Below the pieces are notes generated by a model. The model was not told where the DNA came from. It did no database searches and worked only from the letters and a program-made list of their open reading frames with translations. The translations under genes and the position numbers were made by a program. A stretch of 64,000 nt of DNA from NCBI RefSeq assembly GCF_964355755.1, contig NC_092677.1:5850101-5914100 (forward strand), given 5' to 3'. Shown one piece after another: positions 21,703 through 35,250 of this stretch (position 1 is the first letter of the stretch; the number at the start of each line of letters is the position of its first letter). The stretch is from Antedon mediterranea (taxonomy: Eukaryota; Animalia; Echinodermata).

Positions 21703-24700
21703 TCAATTCTTCTGACTGGCTGACGAGTGCATTCTTTTTTTCCTACAAGGTTTAATAAATCAAATTTAAGTGTTAAGCCTTGTCTACACTTTCAAACTTT
21801 ATGTGATGTGCCCATCGACATGATGATGTCATATCACTACCATATCTGGTCATATCACTACCATATTTGGTCATAACACTACCATATTTGGTCATAACAC
21901 TACCATATTTGGTCATATCACTACCATATTTGTTTGTCAAACTAGTTTGATAGGGTAGACAGAGTTTATGTAGACATAAGTAGGCCTAGATCAGTGTGAA
22001 TTACTTTTTCATTAGGCATAAGAATAGTAAAGTTTATTTTGTATTAAATTAGTATTACATCATTGTGGTGATATGACTATTGTATGTTTTCAAATGAAAA
22101 TGACACTAAATTGGGTTTTCAAAACAATTTAGTTTCATGCTTGATAAAAAAAAAAGAATCAGATATGGCTTTAAGACGTTTTTCAAGAATATATCTAATA
22201 TCTGGATAGTTTTATGTGAAATTCAAGATTGTAATACAATAGTTGAAATTATTTCTCCATACATTCCAATTGTTAAGATGCAATTTCTCATACATTTTTC
22301 TACAATTTGTTTAGTAAATTGTAAGTGTAATTAATACTTTACTGTACGTAAAATATGTTTTAGAGGTTTGATTTAAAACAAAGATGTTTACAATAGATAT
22401 TAAAAAAACAATATAAAAAATATATTTAAAGTTTGAACTACAAACATAAAAACAAAACAAAAAACAACTCACATAATACGCTGTTCACATTCAACAACCA
22501 GTTTATTTAACTCGGCTGCGCTATAGCCGAGCAGGTTTCGCAGATCACACACAAACTTGTAAACAAACCGCTTCCCATGCACCTTAGCAATCATATCGCC
22601 ATCATAGTAGTAACGAAGAGCACGACTCAGTTTCTCGTAGTTCATCAATGGTTTGTTTTTCCTAGCGCCCCATCGTTGAGCGACAACCTCAGGGTCAATT
22701 AACTTAAACTCTCCATTATCCCCGACCCAGCAGATACAATCACGGGAATCTTTGTCTGTTAATAGCTCGAGAAGAAACTGCCAAAGCTGGATCTGACCAT
22801 TGTTTCCTTTATTTAAAATGTTACAATTTAGTTTATATTTTAAATTACATATTAATAGTTTGTATTGCTTGCAGTGCTTTTAGAGAAATTTGCTATTATA
22901 TTCTAAACTATTCTATACAGTATAACCCATCCTTTGGATCACCTCTATTAAGGCGACACTTTACGGTGAAACAAAGGAAGGAAAATATATGTTTTAAAGC
23001 TATGTTCAACTCTAACCAGGGACACGCCTATTAAAGGGACATTATGAGTGAAAATAGATGTTTTAACATATGGCCAACACCTAATCAGCGGACATGCCTA
23101 TTAAGGGGATACTAAGGAGAAACAAGCACTTTACCAATAACTACTGAAGGCCATATGTTATTGAGTGGCATAATGATGATGACGGAGCCACTGAACTAAC
23201 AATGAATTATGAAATAAATTCAAAATAATGTAAATCTTTCAAATAAAATCTATAAAGTATTCAAAACGACAGAAATATCCTACCTGTTCTGTTTCCCGGT
23301 GAGAGCTTCTCGTCGCCACTGTGAGCTGTTATACGAGGGGAATGTGATTTTGTTGTTGTCTTTACTGTGGCTACATGGGCTACAACTGGAATGAAATAGA
23401 TTAACAATTATACTATGAATAGATGCATTTTGTGGGGCTATAAGCAACAATTAACATATAATGGCAATCATTATTATTATCATGATAATTTTATCAACAG
23501 ATTGAAGAATATTTACCCTCTGGTGCTGCTAATGGAGCTGGTCCTGTTAAAAAAAGTAGTATAAAAGGACATTAGTTTAAGTTCAGCACATCATTTTACA
23601 ATTGTTATTTTATTTATTTTATTTTATGTCTTTAGGCAATGTGGCCAAGTATTACCAATAGTAAATTAATCACTGTCCTATCAGATAGGTGGTAATTCCC
23701 CTGATACACAGGCTATTTTGTGAACCAGTTCACCAGGGTAACCACCTACTCTTCTCAAATAATCAACAGGGTTCTTTAAAGTGCACACAGGTTATAACTG
23801 TGTACACTGGACCTATGGTTTATAGTCCTTATCCGAGAAGACTTGTTTGACCACCAGAACTTGTGCCCCACCTATTTTAAAATGTTGTAGTGGTTGCATT
23901 GTCGTGCCTACGATCAAATGCTTGTGTGCAATGAAACCGATGGGCTCATGAATGTAGTCATTCTGACAATTCACCGACATAATGTGGCTAATCCTTCATG
24001 AACGATCAGACCGAAACAAGACTTTAATCTAATATTGTTTAATGAAATGTTTGGAAAATTTAGCGCAGAACCTCCTTGAAACTTTATAATTATGACAAGT
24101 ATAGATTGTAAGGTAGAATAAAAAAGAGAAAAATATTATATACCTTCAACGGTTACATTTGGAGCGTTATGCCCAGCAGCTGAAAGAGAATAATGATTTA
24201 AAATTTAATGAAAGGGCAGCATTATTGAAACAAATTCAATGGAAATTATACAATGTTTACCCAAAGGAAACATATGATAGTGTTTTGTGGCAGTTGCCGT
24301 ACGACTGGTTAACATTTTTCTGAACAATGTTAACCAGTCATACGGAAACTGCCACAAAACACTATCATAACTCACCAACAGTTTCATAGAACACTATTCC
24401 AAAGGAGTTTTATATTTCACCAATATAAAAAGAGATATCATATCTAAATAACACTAGACCGGACTGGGTAGGTATCTATCTATACTGACTCACCTAGCCA
24501 GAAATACTTTAACAGAAGAATTTCTGTCAATATATTTCTACAGTTTACAGTGATAATATTTATGTAGTTACTGCAGTATCTGCAGTAGGAACATTTTTGA
24601 TATGTTTCCAAAAACTAATTTACATTTTTTTAGGAGTTGCAGATGCGTCCAGATCAGTTCTCCGGCAGGTTTTGACAACTTGTCTAAGAAATCTTTTTTG

Positions 24701-27700
24701 CTGAGGGCGCACAACTCGCTACCTTTCATCTTCATCTGATCAATTCTGTCACCCAGTGCAATGTTGAACTCATTACTAGACCAATTCAACCAATGTATCG
24801 TGTTTTCAATGCTCCAAAGACATGGATCTATAAGAAAAGTATTAACAAAATAGAAAAATAAATTAAATTTCAAGATCTGTATTGTACTCCAAAAACAGGA
24901 AATATATGGCCTTTGTAGTTGTAGTTATTAATAAATGTAATGATTTTACTTTTAAAAAGAAAAAACATAAAATAAGTAATTCTAGATCACCTCCAGATCA
25001 CTATCCTTGCGCTTATGCCTCTAGACCACCCAGCTTGCGCTGAAGGCTGGGGTTAGATTTGAGCACAAGTAAGTAGCGGGTACCACAACAACAGGCCAAT
25101 TTTTTTTGGTTTTTAACTATTGCGGAGTAGCTTTGCATCAAGGAGTAAGATTTGACAAAATGGAAAAGATGACTAACTTACCATGACTGATTCCATGTTT
25201 CTCTTCCTCGTCCCTGTAACTGTTGCATAGCACCCATCGTGTCACCTGACCGTTGTCTATGGTTTCAGTAATTTCTTCAGTTGTAGTTGCTTCTAAAAAA
25301 TTATTTAAAAAATACTTAGAATTATGGGAAATAAGCATTACAAATCTAAAGATATTTAGAAATATAGATGATAAACAATCAAACCGGGAGGAAAACTCGG
25401 ACTGATAAATTGAACAGAAAATAGTAAAACTCGCCATAAAAGACAGCTTTTAAACAGTTACTAACCTTGCTGAGCGGAGTCTATTGGAATTTCAACTGTT
25501 TCAATAATTGGTTTCACAATATCTACAATGTTCAATCTTGGTTTTGAACCTGTAAAAACAAATATAACTAGACATTGAATTCATCTATCTTCCTGAGATG
25601 AGTAGTAGTAATTATTACAGTCTTGTTTATTTTTAATTTCATTTATATATGTAATTTTACTTTCTATGAACCAGAGATTCCGAAATAAAAGATTGAATGA
25701 ATGAATCTACTATTCCAACCAACCTAAATTTTAATTTGTAAACATGACTTCATCAAATGAAACATTAAGATACCAGTTTAAAAAGATAATTGTCTAAGCA
25801 AGATTATACAGTTTATTTATCAATACAAAATCGAGCAGCTTCCAAATATTATGGAAAACAGGAGTGTTTGTAATATTCTAGTCATTATTAATTTGATTTA
25901 TCCCAGACAAAGATATTATTTACCATATTTTACGTAAGTAAGTAAAGTACTTATGTATTTGACTGAATCATTCTAAAATTCTACAATAATTCAATTCCAA
26001 AAATCAGTAAAAGAGAATATTCTGAAAGAGCAAAAGCAACTGGAATAATAAAACTAACCAAGACCTGAGATTACTTGAACACTGAATTGCACAATGCCTT
26101 CTGCTGACACTCCCTGCTCTAAGAGACTCTTGCTTCCATCCACCTGAAAGAAATAGAAAATAAATCAAAGTAATCATTTATGAAGTATTACAGCCCAGCA
26201 TTCCATATGTAAAAGTAAAATTCTTAAATATTTATTGACTTAAGTGAAAAACTGTGCTTTATTACTTACTATATAACTAACTTAAAAACTAGTAATTGCA
26301 GAATATGCCGGTAAAAATAATCCCTCTTGATATTTTAGTTGAGTAATTGTGTGGCTTGATTTACTTTGCAAAAGGAAAACAATTCCATTCAGTACAGGAC
26401 AAAATGACTTCGTTATTGTTATCATTATGTGATATTATATATTATACATTATGTTAACTTATTATAGAACCATGCGCAGTCTTCTCTAAAAAACACGGAA
26501 TTTGTGTAGCCGTACACTTATGATATTTTGATCAAGCATTTTGCATATTTTCTATAACTTGTGTAAAAGCTGCGTATTAAACTGTTAGAATATTTTATAA
26601 ATGCTGTTCACCAACATTACCAAGCATTTTTTTCACACAACAAGCATGAATTACTATTAAATAAACATGTTTGGTACAACAATTTCCTGTAATCACATTT
26701 AGATTTCCTTATCAGCACTCACCCACCCTGTGCTTGAATTACAACAACCAAAAAAATGATTGTTAAATTGGGACAACGCTATTATTAACAATTTCAACAA
26801 TCCACGACGAGTAATAATAGATTTCTTCCAATCGATACAGAACACTGTGAAGTTGTAACTGATAAGAAAATGCGGCGAAAAAGTAAAGTGATAGTTAGAT
26901 TTCGAACAGATTAAAAACCACAATACCATTCCTAAGAGATACTCATTCCCCTTACTGCAATTACGGAAACAATACCCTGGGGATGGCGGGGGTTGTTATT
27001 AAAGCTAGCAAGCCTTGTACCACTCAAATGCGATTTCCTCCCTAGCAGTCTGACGCTCTTGATAACGTTAGCCGAGTTACTCGTCAATTAGGCCTGAAAC
27101 AAGGCAGGCAGACATAAACAGTGCCGCGTACATGAGTTGTTAAAGTTTCGCTACTCGACACCCGAGTGCCAATCGTGATCACGCTTCGAATCGTGCTCGC
27201 CCTAATGATTATTTCCTACGTTAAAATAAAAACTTCCTCCAGGTTCTTTGCGGCCAGAGTGAACAGTTTAGCTAAACTCTGTCTACACTATAAAACTTTA
27301 TGTGAGAATAAATGTGACGTGCCCATATAAACATGATGATGTCATATCACTACCATATTTGGGTATATCACTACCATATTTGGGTATATCACTACCATAT
27401 TTGGGTATATCACTACCCTATTTGGGCACTTTTTTTGTCATAAACTACAGTAGTTTGATAGTGTAGATCTTAATAGATATTGCAGTATGCAGTACTGGCA
27501 GCCACGGGTATGCCGTAGATGTTATTAAGTTTAATTTTATTGGAAAAGGAAGTGTAGTACAACTTATCAACCCAAGGTTAGGTTGGTGTTATTCCAGACA
27601 TTATTTCTGTAATATTATATTATTATTATTATTAAAAAATTGATTATAGAATACTAAAGTACATTGGAGAATCTTAACATATTTTACAATCTACCGTATA

Positions 27701-30018
27701 TTAAATATTTTTATTACTGTTTAAGTATTGGACTATACCCTATTTTATAATTACAGTACATAGGATTGTTCTTTTGGTGTGTAATTATCTGATATATCTT
27801 ATAAATAAATTTTAAAAAATAAATAAAAAAATAAAATTTATTTCAATAAATATTTAATTAAGTCCTTTGATGTTACCCGACAATGTTTTAATTTACAGTA
27901 AAATACATTTTTTGGTGTGTATTAATTGAATAAACGACATATTTTACAACGTATTTGAATAAATATTTAATTTATTAGTCCTATTAAATAAATTATGGCT
28001 CTATTGATAAGATGGTTGAGATGAAACCATAGAATGTTCTACGATGTTAAAAATAAATAGTTCCTTAATGCAGAGAAACAATAATGGAAGGAAGTAAGAA
28101 CTAATTATTCAACTTCCTCATGGCACACAATGCAATTAATTTAGTTGTATGTTGCACCTGATATTTTTGTTTTTTTAAAATGAATGTATTTTTTTTAAAT
28201 GTATATTTTCTGGCATTAATCAGTGAGAGGCAATTTCGTTAAAGCGCTGTCCACACTATCAAGCTATTTTTGACAAAAAAAGTGTGATATTCCCAAATAT
28301 GATATTGAATTATGATGTCATCATGTCCATATATGGGCACATCACATTTTGTTGTCATAGTGTGATATGATAGTGTAGACAGAGTTTTAGAGTAGATGCC
28401 AAGAAGATATCAGTGATATGGTACAAATTTTTCAGACATTACACTTCCCATTGGGCTACAGTACATTGTACTGTATGTTTAAACGTCAGTTCTCTAGCCC
28501 TGTCCCGTACTTGATACGATTGATGAACAATGCATCAATTTAAAGCAAAGTTTGATTTTAGAATGTATTTTTTAAATGTTTTTTGTAAAATTTTTGTATT
28601 TTTTTGTATGAATGATTCATAATGGTTGCCTTTTTGTATCTATATATTGTTATGAATGAATTTGTATTTTTATACTGTATTTGTTTTAACCTTATGTAAA
28701 TTAGAAGTCAATTCAGCACTTTTGCTGCTATTTTTAAATAATTATGTTTTATAATTTGAATAAGTACCAATATATTAACCGATATATTTTTGTGATTGCT
28801 TGAATATACAACAAGCCTAAACTGCAATGTAACTCCATTACAAAAATCAGCAATTTTACTTTGATAGAGAAAAATGCATGTAAACATAGATTGTCTTGTT
28901 ATTACGTTATACTGACAAACATCACGATAAAAACCAAAACAAATTAGAAAGTGTTGAAATAGAGAAATAAGGCAACGATGCAAAGTGGGTGGAAATTAAT
29001 CAGAGTTGACATATCGGTACACATTACTGTAGCAGTTGAATGTTGTGCTGTGGTTACAGTCTAGTTAGATCATGCTCAGATCAAGTCTCTATCAAACACA
29101 TTCAAACTAAACCCATAAACTCGTAAACAGGATATTTTACAAGCCAAATAATAGTTTTCAATGACTAATTGCTGTATTACTGATAACAAACATTGATAAA
29201 TACATTTTTGTAAGGGTTTTTCATTGTTTCTTTGAGTGTGGCCAGGCGGTATCTGAATGCTATATATGCATTTATAAAAAGTATTTACTATATATTTCTT
29301 GCAAAAACTGAACTGAAAACTGAATCGCTTCACACCTGTGGTATGGATAACCGTTACCAGATAAGCGTTCAAGTTCTATGAAACTACGTATTGTGTCGAC
29401 ATGGAACTCAACTGAAAAGAACTAGTTGCACAAGAGCTCCGATGTCAATTTTCGAGCAAATGAATCAAACTTATTAAGGACAAAATAATATATTATGTAC
29501 CATTACTAAATTCTGTAAATATAGCTCATGTTCCGATAGATTGCACTGAAGTCTCTGTTCAAGCAGTTTCTTAAGCGATGACATTGGTTCAGCTATGTCC
29601 ATCATCTGTGTGATTACATTGCTTGGAGTGGTTTGCCTATTAAAACATGAAATTAAAGATGAAATTACAGTTAAGTAAAATTGGAGAAACAAGATAAATA
29701 AAATATAAATAACTTGACTGAGATTTAAATCAAACAAAATACTTCGAAATTTCTAAAATAAATTGTATAATTTTAAAATGGTTTTGGTATATATAACATG
29801 TTTGTCTCCAATTTAACAATGAGGCTATGTTTTGTTGACTATAACACCAACAAGTTTCAACTTTATTTTGGCATAAAAGGTAGGTGATGATGATGATAAT
29901 TGAAAATAAGTAAACAAAAAAAAAGACGAACTAACGTATTGTTAGATTCCTGCGTCTTTGACTTCTTAACAGAAGCATCTCCAGAGGAATCACCATCTTC
30001 TGCAGACCTCTTGGACAT
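21703..30018 (-). CDS. GABPA: GA-binding protein alpha chain (ETS transcription factor; OST, PNT and ETS domains), 413 aa
   Basis: Exons 30018-29936 (MSKRSAE), 29636-29501 ([20 protein letters not shown]), 26143-26059 ([16 protein letters not shown]), 25549-25466 ([11 protein letters not shown]), 25292-25182 (QVTRW), 24827-24624 (PNT: [22 protein letters not shown]), 24179-24144, 23543-23517, 23385-23284 (SPGNRTG), 22806-22473 (ETS: [51 protein letters not shown]) and 21742-21703. Total 1242 nt in frame. Probable 5'UTR exons near 31764-31791 and ~34440-34560. Confidence 0.95.
21776..21965. mobile_element. Harbinger-like MITE, family B, with internal ~21-bp tandem repeats
   Basis: Termini AGCCTTGTCTACACT / AGGGTAGACAGAGT with TTA flanks, and an internal tandem of GTCATATCACTACCATATTTG. 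Confidence 0.8.
23695..23860 (-). mobile_element. Partial tRNA-derived SINE (Meta-SINE-like core)
   Basis: Shares GGTTCTTTAAAGTGCACAC..GTACACTGGACCTA.GGTTTATAGTCCTTATCCGAGAAGACTTG..CCACCAGAAC with the copy at 40732-41028. Confidence 0.75.
27276..27468. mobile_element. Harbinger-like MITE, family B (copy 2)
   Basis: ACTCTGTCTACACTA..(TATCACTACCATATTTGGGTA)n..TAGTGTAGA. Confidence 0.8.
28243..28385. mobile_element. Harbinger-like MITE, family B (copy 3, opposite orientation)
   Basis: AGCGCTGTCCACACTATC...GATAGTGTAGACAGAGT. Confidence 0.7.
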
Positions 30019-33000
30019 TCTTTGTCTTTTAACCTTTTTTTATGTACAGGTACTGCAGACTTTAGAATCTGAAAAGATATAAGTGAAATAAACATAGATA
30101 GATCGTTTAGTTCACGTTACATACAATTGTCATCATTTGGGGCAGTATCGGCTGCTTCCTTGGACTCAAGACAAATCCTTCAGTGCGGTAAAAATTCCAG
30201 ATCGTAGGCTTGAGTTGCTCTCACCCATTAAAACCACTTTGCAGTAGTGCACTTATACCCATGCTATTGTGTGCACTTGTAGTATAGTATATTACTGTAT
30301 TATCCAATTGATATAGATAGAAGATATAGTAGAATCTGCCGACAATTTTGCAGAATTGTAGAAACCAATTTGTTTTTTAAACCATGGCTGACACCACTAT
30401 TATGGGGACAATTTGTTGGGTTCGAAAGTGTACCCTTGGAATTCTACCGTATAATAATAGTAAAGTGAAATTTTACAAATTAGGCTAGGCCTCACTCCAA
30501 GAAATATGTTTTTGTAACTAAATACATTTTCTTTAAAAAATTAATTTTATGGAATAGGCAGGCCTCACTCCAAGAAATATGATGTTTTAACTAAACACAT
30601 TTTTTTAATAAATTATATTTCCTTCTGGAAAAAATTTGAACAGACAATTTCACGGGAAAGATAAATGCAATCCTGAAATCCCTGGGCCACACCCGTCAAA
30701 TATAATTAATTTAATTAATTGATTAGCGCTTGAATTCCAAGAGATTATCAAACTGACACTTTGTCTAGAATATCTTTACGTTTCAATTAATACTAGGAAT
30801 AGGCTTAAATACCAAATGTGTTTCGCTTTTGGACAGGTCATTGTACTTCAGTTATTGGGAATGTTATTTTCAAAACACTAATAAATAAAGCACAGATAAT
30901 AATATACATGTCATGTTATGTTTTTTTAAAGCATTCTCAAAATGTATTGTTTGACATGACAAAAATCTCTAGTTTATTTTTATGTACAGTTAGTGTAGCA
31001 GCACTAGCGAGCGTTTTGACATTTTTTCTGTGGTACTGTATGATTTTTTGGTTCTTTGGTATAAATTAAATTTGCTCGTTTAAATGTGCACAATTTACAA
31101 TCGCAATGGCATCTACACATAATACAATTACAAATCTGAATGTTTTTGAGGCTCTCTTTAATTAGAAAAGTCTCGCAGTGCTTAAAGAGAACAAGAAGCA
31201 AAAGTGAGTTTTCAAAAGAAATGTAAAACTGTTTCGATGTAGAAGAATGGACATGAAATGCGTTAAAAGCTAAGGTGTAGGGGCAAAAATACCCTGCAAT
31301 AAGTTGAATTTGCCAAATCAGTGTATTTGACAGTAATTTGCATCACATTAAAATGTGTACGCTGTTGCTAATAGCAACTATAGTGCTGTAGTACCATTAA
31401 AATATGTAACAATAAGAAATTTGAAAAACTACCCATTTGGATTGAAAAAAAAAGTCTGAATTGCATTTTATTTTATGACAAAAAAAGATGTCTTTGCATT
31501 TTTCAATCTTAATTGAAAATGTCCTTGTAAATTAAAAAGGTAGTAAAACATGTATTTGAAGTATTAATGATTAATTATGAATGTTATAGTTTTAAAATGT
31601 AAATAAATTAACACCCAACAAAACTACAGTACAGTATAGTGTTTACAAGAAACATTGCCGGTTACCTCTAGGATATTAATCAAACTATACTCTGTATTAT
31701 TAATATATGAAAATTTTAACTTAAATACTTTAAAAGCTGTAATATTTATATAAGAAAACTCACCAAGATATCTACGATTGTTGTAGTTGCTCTAGCAAAG
31801 TAGGAATGAATGTGAGCCTTATAGCAGAAAAACTCGAACATTAACAACCGAAGTGTTATCTACACTACAACACGCTTGTTCTATAATTACTACAAACTTG
31901 ATTGATGACGGTGCTAATTTCTAATTCTCTAGAGGGGGTATCGACACAGCATGTAACAGTCTATTTACTGAACTTCCTAAACATTACTTTAATGCTGTAT
32001 GGCTTATCTTGTTAAAAAGTTCTCCCAAGTTCTAAGCACCAATAGGCCAAAACTTACGGATTTCATTAATTTTTTTGCACTACGGATTTGGGTGGGTCTC
32101 ATTTTGTCCAGGGATACTTGATTGGAACAGGGAGAGCTGATTGGAAAAAGGAGCTGATTTCTTTTTCGCATTATCTGGTGTCGAGTGGTATATATTTATT
32201 GGAAACATAAATGCTAATGTTTAATACTTGAAGTGGAACTTTTCAGAGGACTTCCGTTTGAAATTTAGTAAACTGTTGGACACAATTCAGAATTGTTATG
32301 ATTTAATTACATACATTAAATTTTTTAGGACTTTACAAACCTGATAATTATATGTATTTGTAATGTAATTCAATATACAATGTAATATAATGCTAATATT
32401 ATAGTTCTAAAAAGTAATTGAATTTTAAGATTAGTTGTTTAAATTTTCTTATTTATTTTTTTTTAGATGAGACTGAAAGTTTAATTTACTTAAGCAACTT
32501 TCTAATATTTTGTGAACCAGACTAATACAAGGTTGGAATAATATGACTGGGTTTAAACCTACTGAGCTTCATAATTTTAAATGAACTTAAAAGTACTGTA
32601 CTTCCTGGCAACTAATTTGATCTTTAACTTCCACTGCTCCTTATTCCAATGCTAAATCAAGACGGTTGATGTCCTCTAAAGAGGGAAAGTTAAAGTCTGC
32701 TTTGTCATTATAGCGCAACATAAAATGAAAGTTTTAAAAAAAACGAGACAGAATTACCTTAAGTGTAAAGTTAATCAAATATAATACAATTCTGCTGCAT
32801 ACTGGAAATAAACAAACTGATTTTCTGCTCTTTAGAATGAAAGGAATTTCCTGTGACCTATTAATATCAAATGTTTGAGAAATACATTTTCAAATGTCAT
32901 GTTGTGTAGTTTAAGGTAGTACAGGACGTATATTTAGCATAGTTGATTTACTGTACATTTTTAATTTAAAAAAATAAAGAAATAAACAAGAAATATTTCT

Positions 33001-34095
33001 TTAAAAAACGCCACTCGACGTTTTGACTAACAATTTTAATCATTGATTTTTCTATCTTCAGATATAATGGTATATCATAATCAATTATTTTTGTTTAACA
33101 ATCAGTAGTAAATATTTTGTGTAAATATAGTCTAGCCTACTGTACAGATACAGAAAAAAAATATAATCATAAACTAAACTACAACATTTCATTTATACAG
33201 TAGGTCCATGGTAGGAGCATTAATTACTCCCTAATTTGACCCAGCCCACGTATATAGGCCTACTACCTAGCTACAATAGGGATAACGATGCAACATAAAA
33301 AGTAATAGCATACATTGCCTGTTGATATTTCGAATCAATATTAAAATAAAGAAAGAATTATGAAAATCTGATTATAGTTTTCAAAATATAGTGCCCAAAA
33401 CCAAAGTAATCGTTTTTAGCCACGAACAAAGTAAATAAATTGCTTTATTAAATGCTTATTTGTCAATCAGTGTTTGGTCTTTCATCTTCATGACACACCA
33501 AGGTTCTACAGAATATTATCAGGTTTCCAGGCATTAATATAGTAATTTACTTGCTGTTTATGCAATATATGTATTTAATACGATAAAATATTAATATACC
33601 TTGTTAGGCTGCTGACTCAGACTGACAATGGCCAGCCAAATACAATAGGCATATTTCGCAGGTTCGTTATGTATGGGGAGCACAAAACCGTGGTCTAAGT
33701 TTTAACTTTTAGGTTACAGCCAGAGTAGTCTTAGCATAATTATTATAATCTATAGGCTATCTATATAATCATCCTTGCAGCCACTTTATCTCCTCCTGCA
33801 TAAAGAGTAAAAAAGCACGTTGTCGATATCAAAGGCATTCGAGGGGACTCTCGAACTACTAGTAAAAGCGACCATGCGAGGCTGACTGCATATGATATAT
33901 GACGCGATAAACAGGCTTTGCTATATATGGAAGGCGGCGGACTACGTACTAGAGGCCTAGCTAGACAGGCTTTTTTTTAGAGCTCTCTCTCCCCTACTAT
34001 TTTTATACTCCACAGACAGACCTTTGTCCTGGGCCTGGCATGCTGCTGCTGCATTCTCTCACTCCAGCAGCAGTTCAGTTACTTTAAATTAAAGT

Positions 34096-34182
34096 AATTG
34101 GCTTATTAGGCCTAGCCTCTACGCTACGCCGCTAGTCATTAAAGTTTAATGACTAGCGTAGAGGCTAGGCCTAAGCCAATTA
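34096..34182. repeat. ~85-bp hairpin just downstream of the putative GABPA TSS
   Basis: TAATTGGCTTA..TAGGCCTAGCCTCTACGCTA..GTCATTAAA pairs with TTTAATGACTAGCGTAGAGGCTAGGCCTAAGCCAATTA. Confidence 0.8.
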
Positions 34183-34779
34183 TTGAATGAAAACAAATTA
34201 ATTATTGGTTGGGAGTTCATGCAGATATAACAGTGGTAAAAATTATCATTACATCACGAACAGCTACACTACAGTAGGAGGCAGAGATAGCTAGGCCTAT
34301 GCATAGTCTTGAGGCTACTATAACCGGGTCAAAATGTGGCGATGGGAATAGCAGAAGGAAGACGCCTCGGCCTACGGAAGTACGCACAATAATTCTGTAT
34401 TTCTTCGGACCTTAAATAGCTTATAATGTTACTTTACCTCTATATTAACAATCGTAGATATTTAATGACTGGAATATACACTTTTTACCAAGAAAATAAC
34501 AGTATAGCTACTGATTTTCTGCTCCTAAAAAATAAGTACACTCTCTTCTTTACGATCGGCATGAAATTTTGATTGTTTTGTTTTCATAAAATAGAGGGCG
34601 GCCTACAAGCTCAATCCTTCATTCAGCGTAATAAATAAAAATAGAAAAAAAAAATTCATGATTTTAGTCTTATTTTATTAATTTACAGGTAGTTTAAAAT
34701 TAACCAAGCAGTTTAACTGTAAAATATACTGTTTAGGTATAATTATATTATATACAGCTTCCATAATCTTTTTATCTCT

Positions 34780-35250
34780 TTAATTTTACTACAACAAAAT
34801 ATAAACAAAATGAACTTAACGGAAAATAATTATTATTGAAAAATGATTTAGGTAGTTTTTAAAGAAGTCAAAGTGAAAATGATCTTAAACGTGAGAAGAA
34901 AACAAAAAAAGGCGTACAAACATTGTCAATAAAGAACAACTTTCATTGGCAGAGAGGTTCCTGATAAAGAATAAACATCAATAGCGCAAACAATGTCAAT
35001 GCATCGTTAATTAATCGGGAACGATTTTCATTGATAAAGAGAGGAGTTTCAGAGAGTGCGATGAGATACAATATTTGGCAAAGATTGCTTGAGAAGTCAC
35101 AGTGAAAAAAATAAAAATGTTTTCTTCAAAAGTTGGCAAAGACAATAATTAGTGATAAAATAATGGAACACTTGGTAGATTGTCAGTAATACATTTTTCA
35201 AGATGAGTAGAGTTTCCAGTACAAGGGGTCATCAGCTAAAAGTACCTATA
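34780..35250. mobile_element. Highly decayed LINE 3'-end fragments
   Basis: The minus strand reads ..SLTSFKNYLN.. followed by an A-rich tail. The plus strand at ~35195-35245 reads FKMSRVSSTRGHQLK, the TRGH motif typical of CR1 ORF2 C-termini. Confidence 0.35.

Noticed and set aside
21830-21930. CRISPR-like short repeats (also 27340-27425 and 38300-38490)
   Set aside because: Head-to-tail tandem units with no unique spacers, in eukaryotic context with no cas genes.
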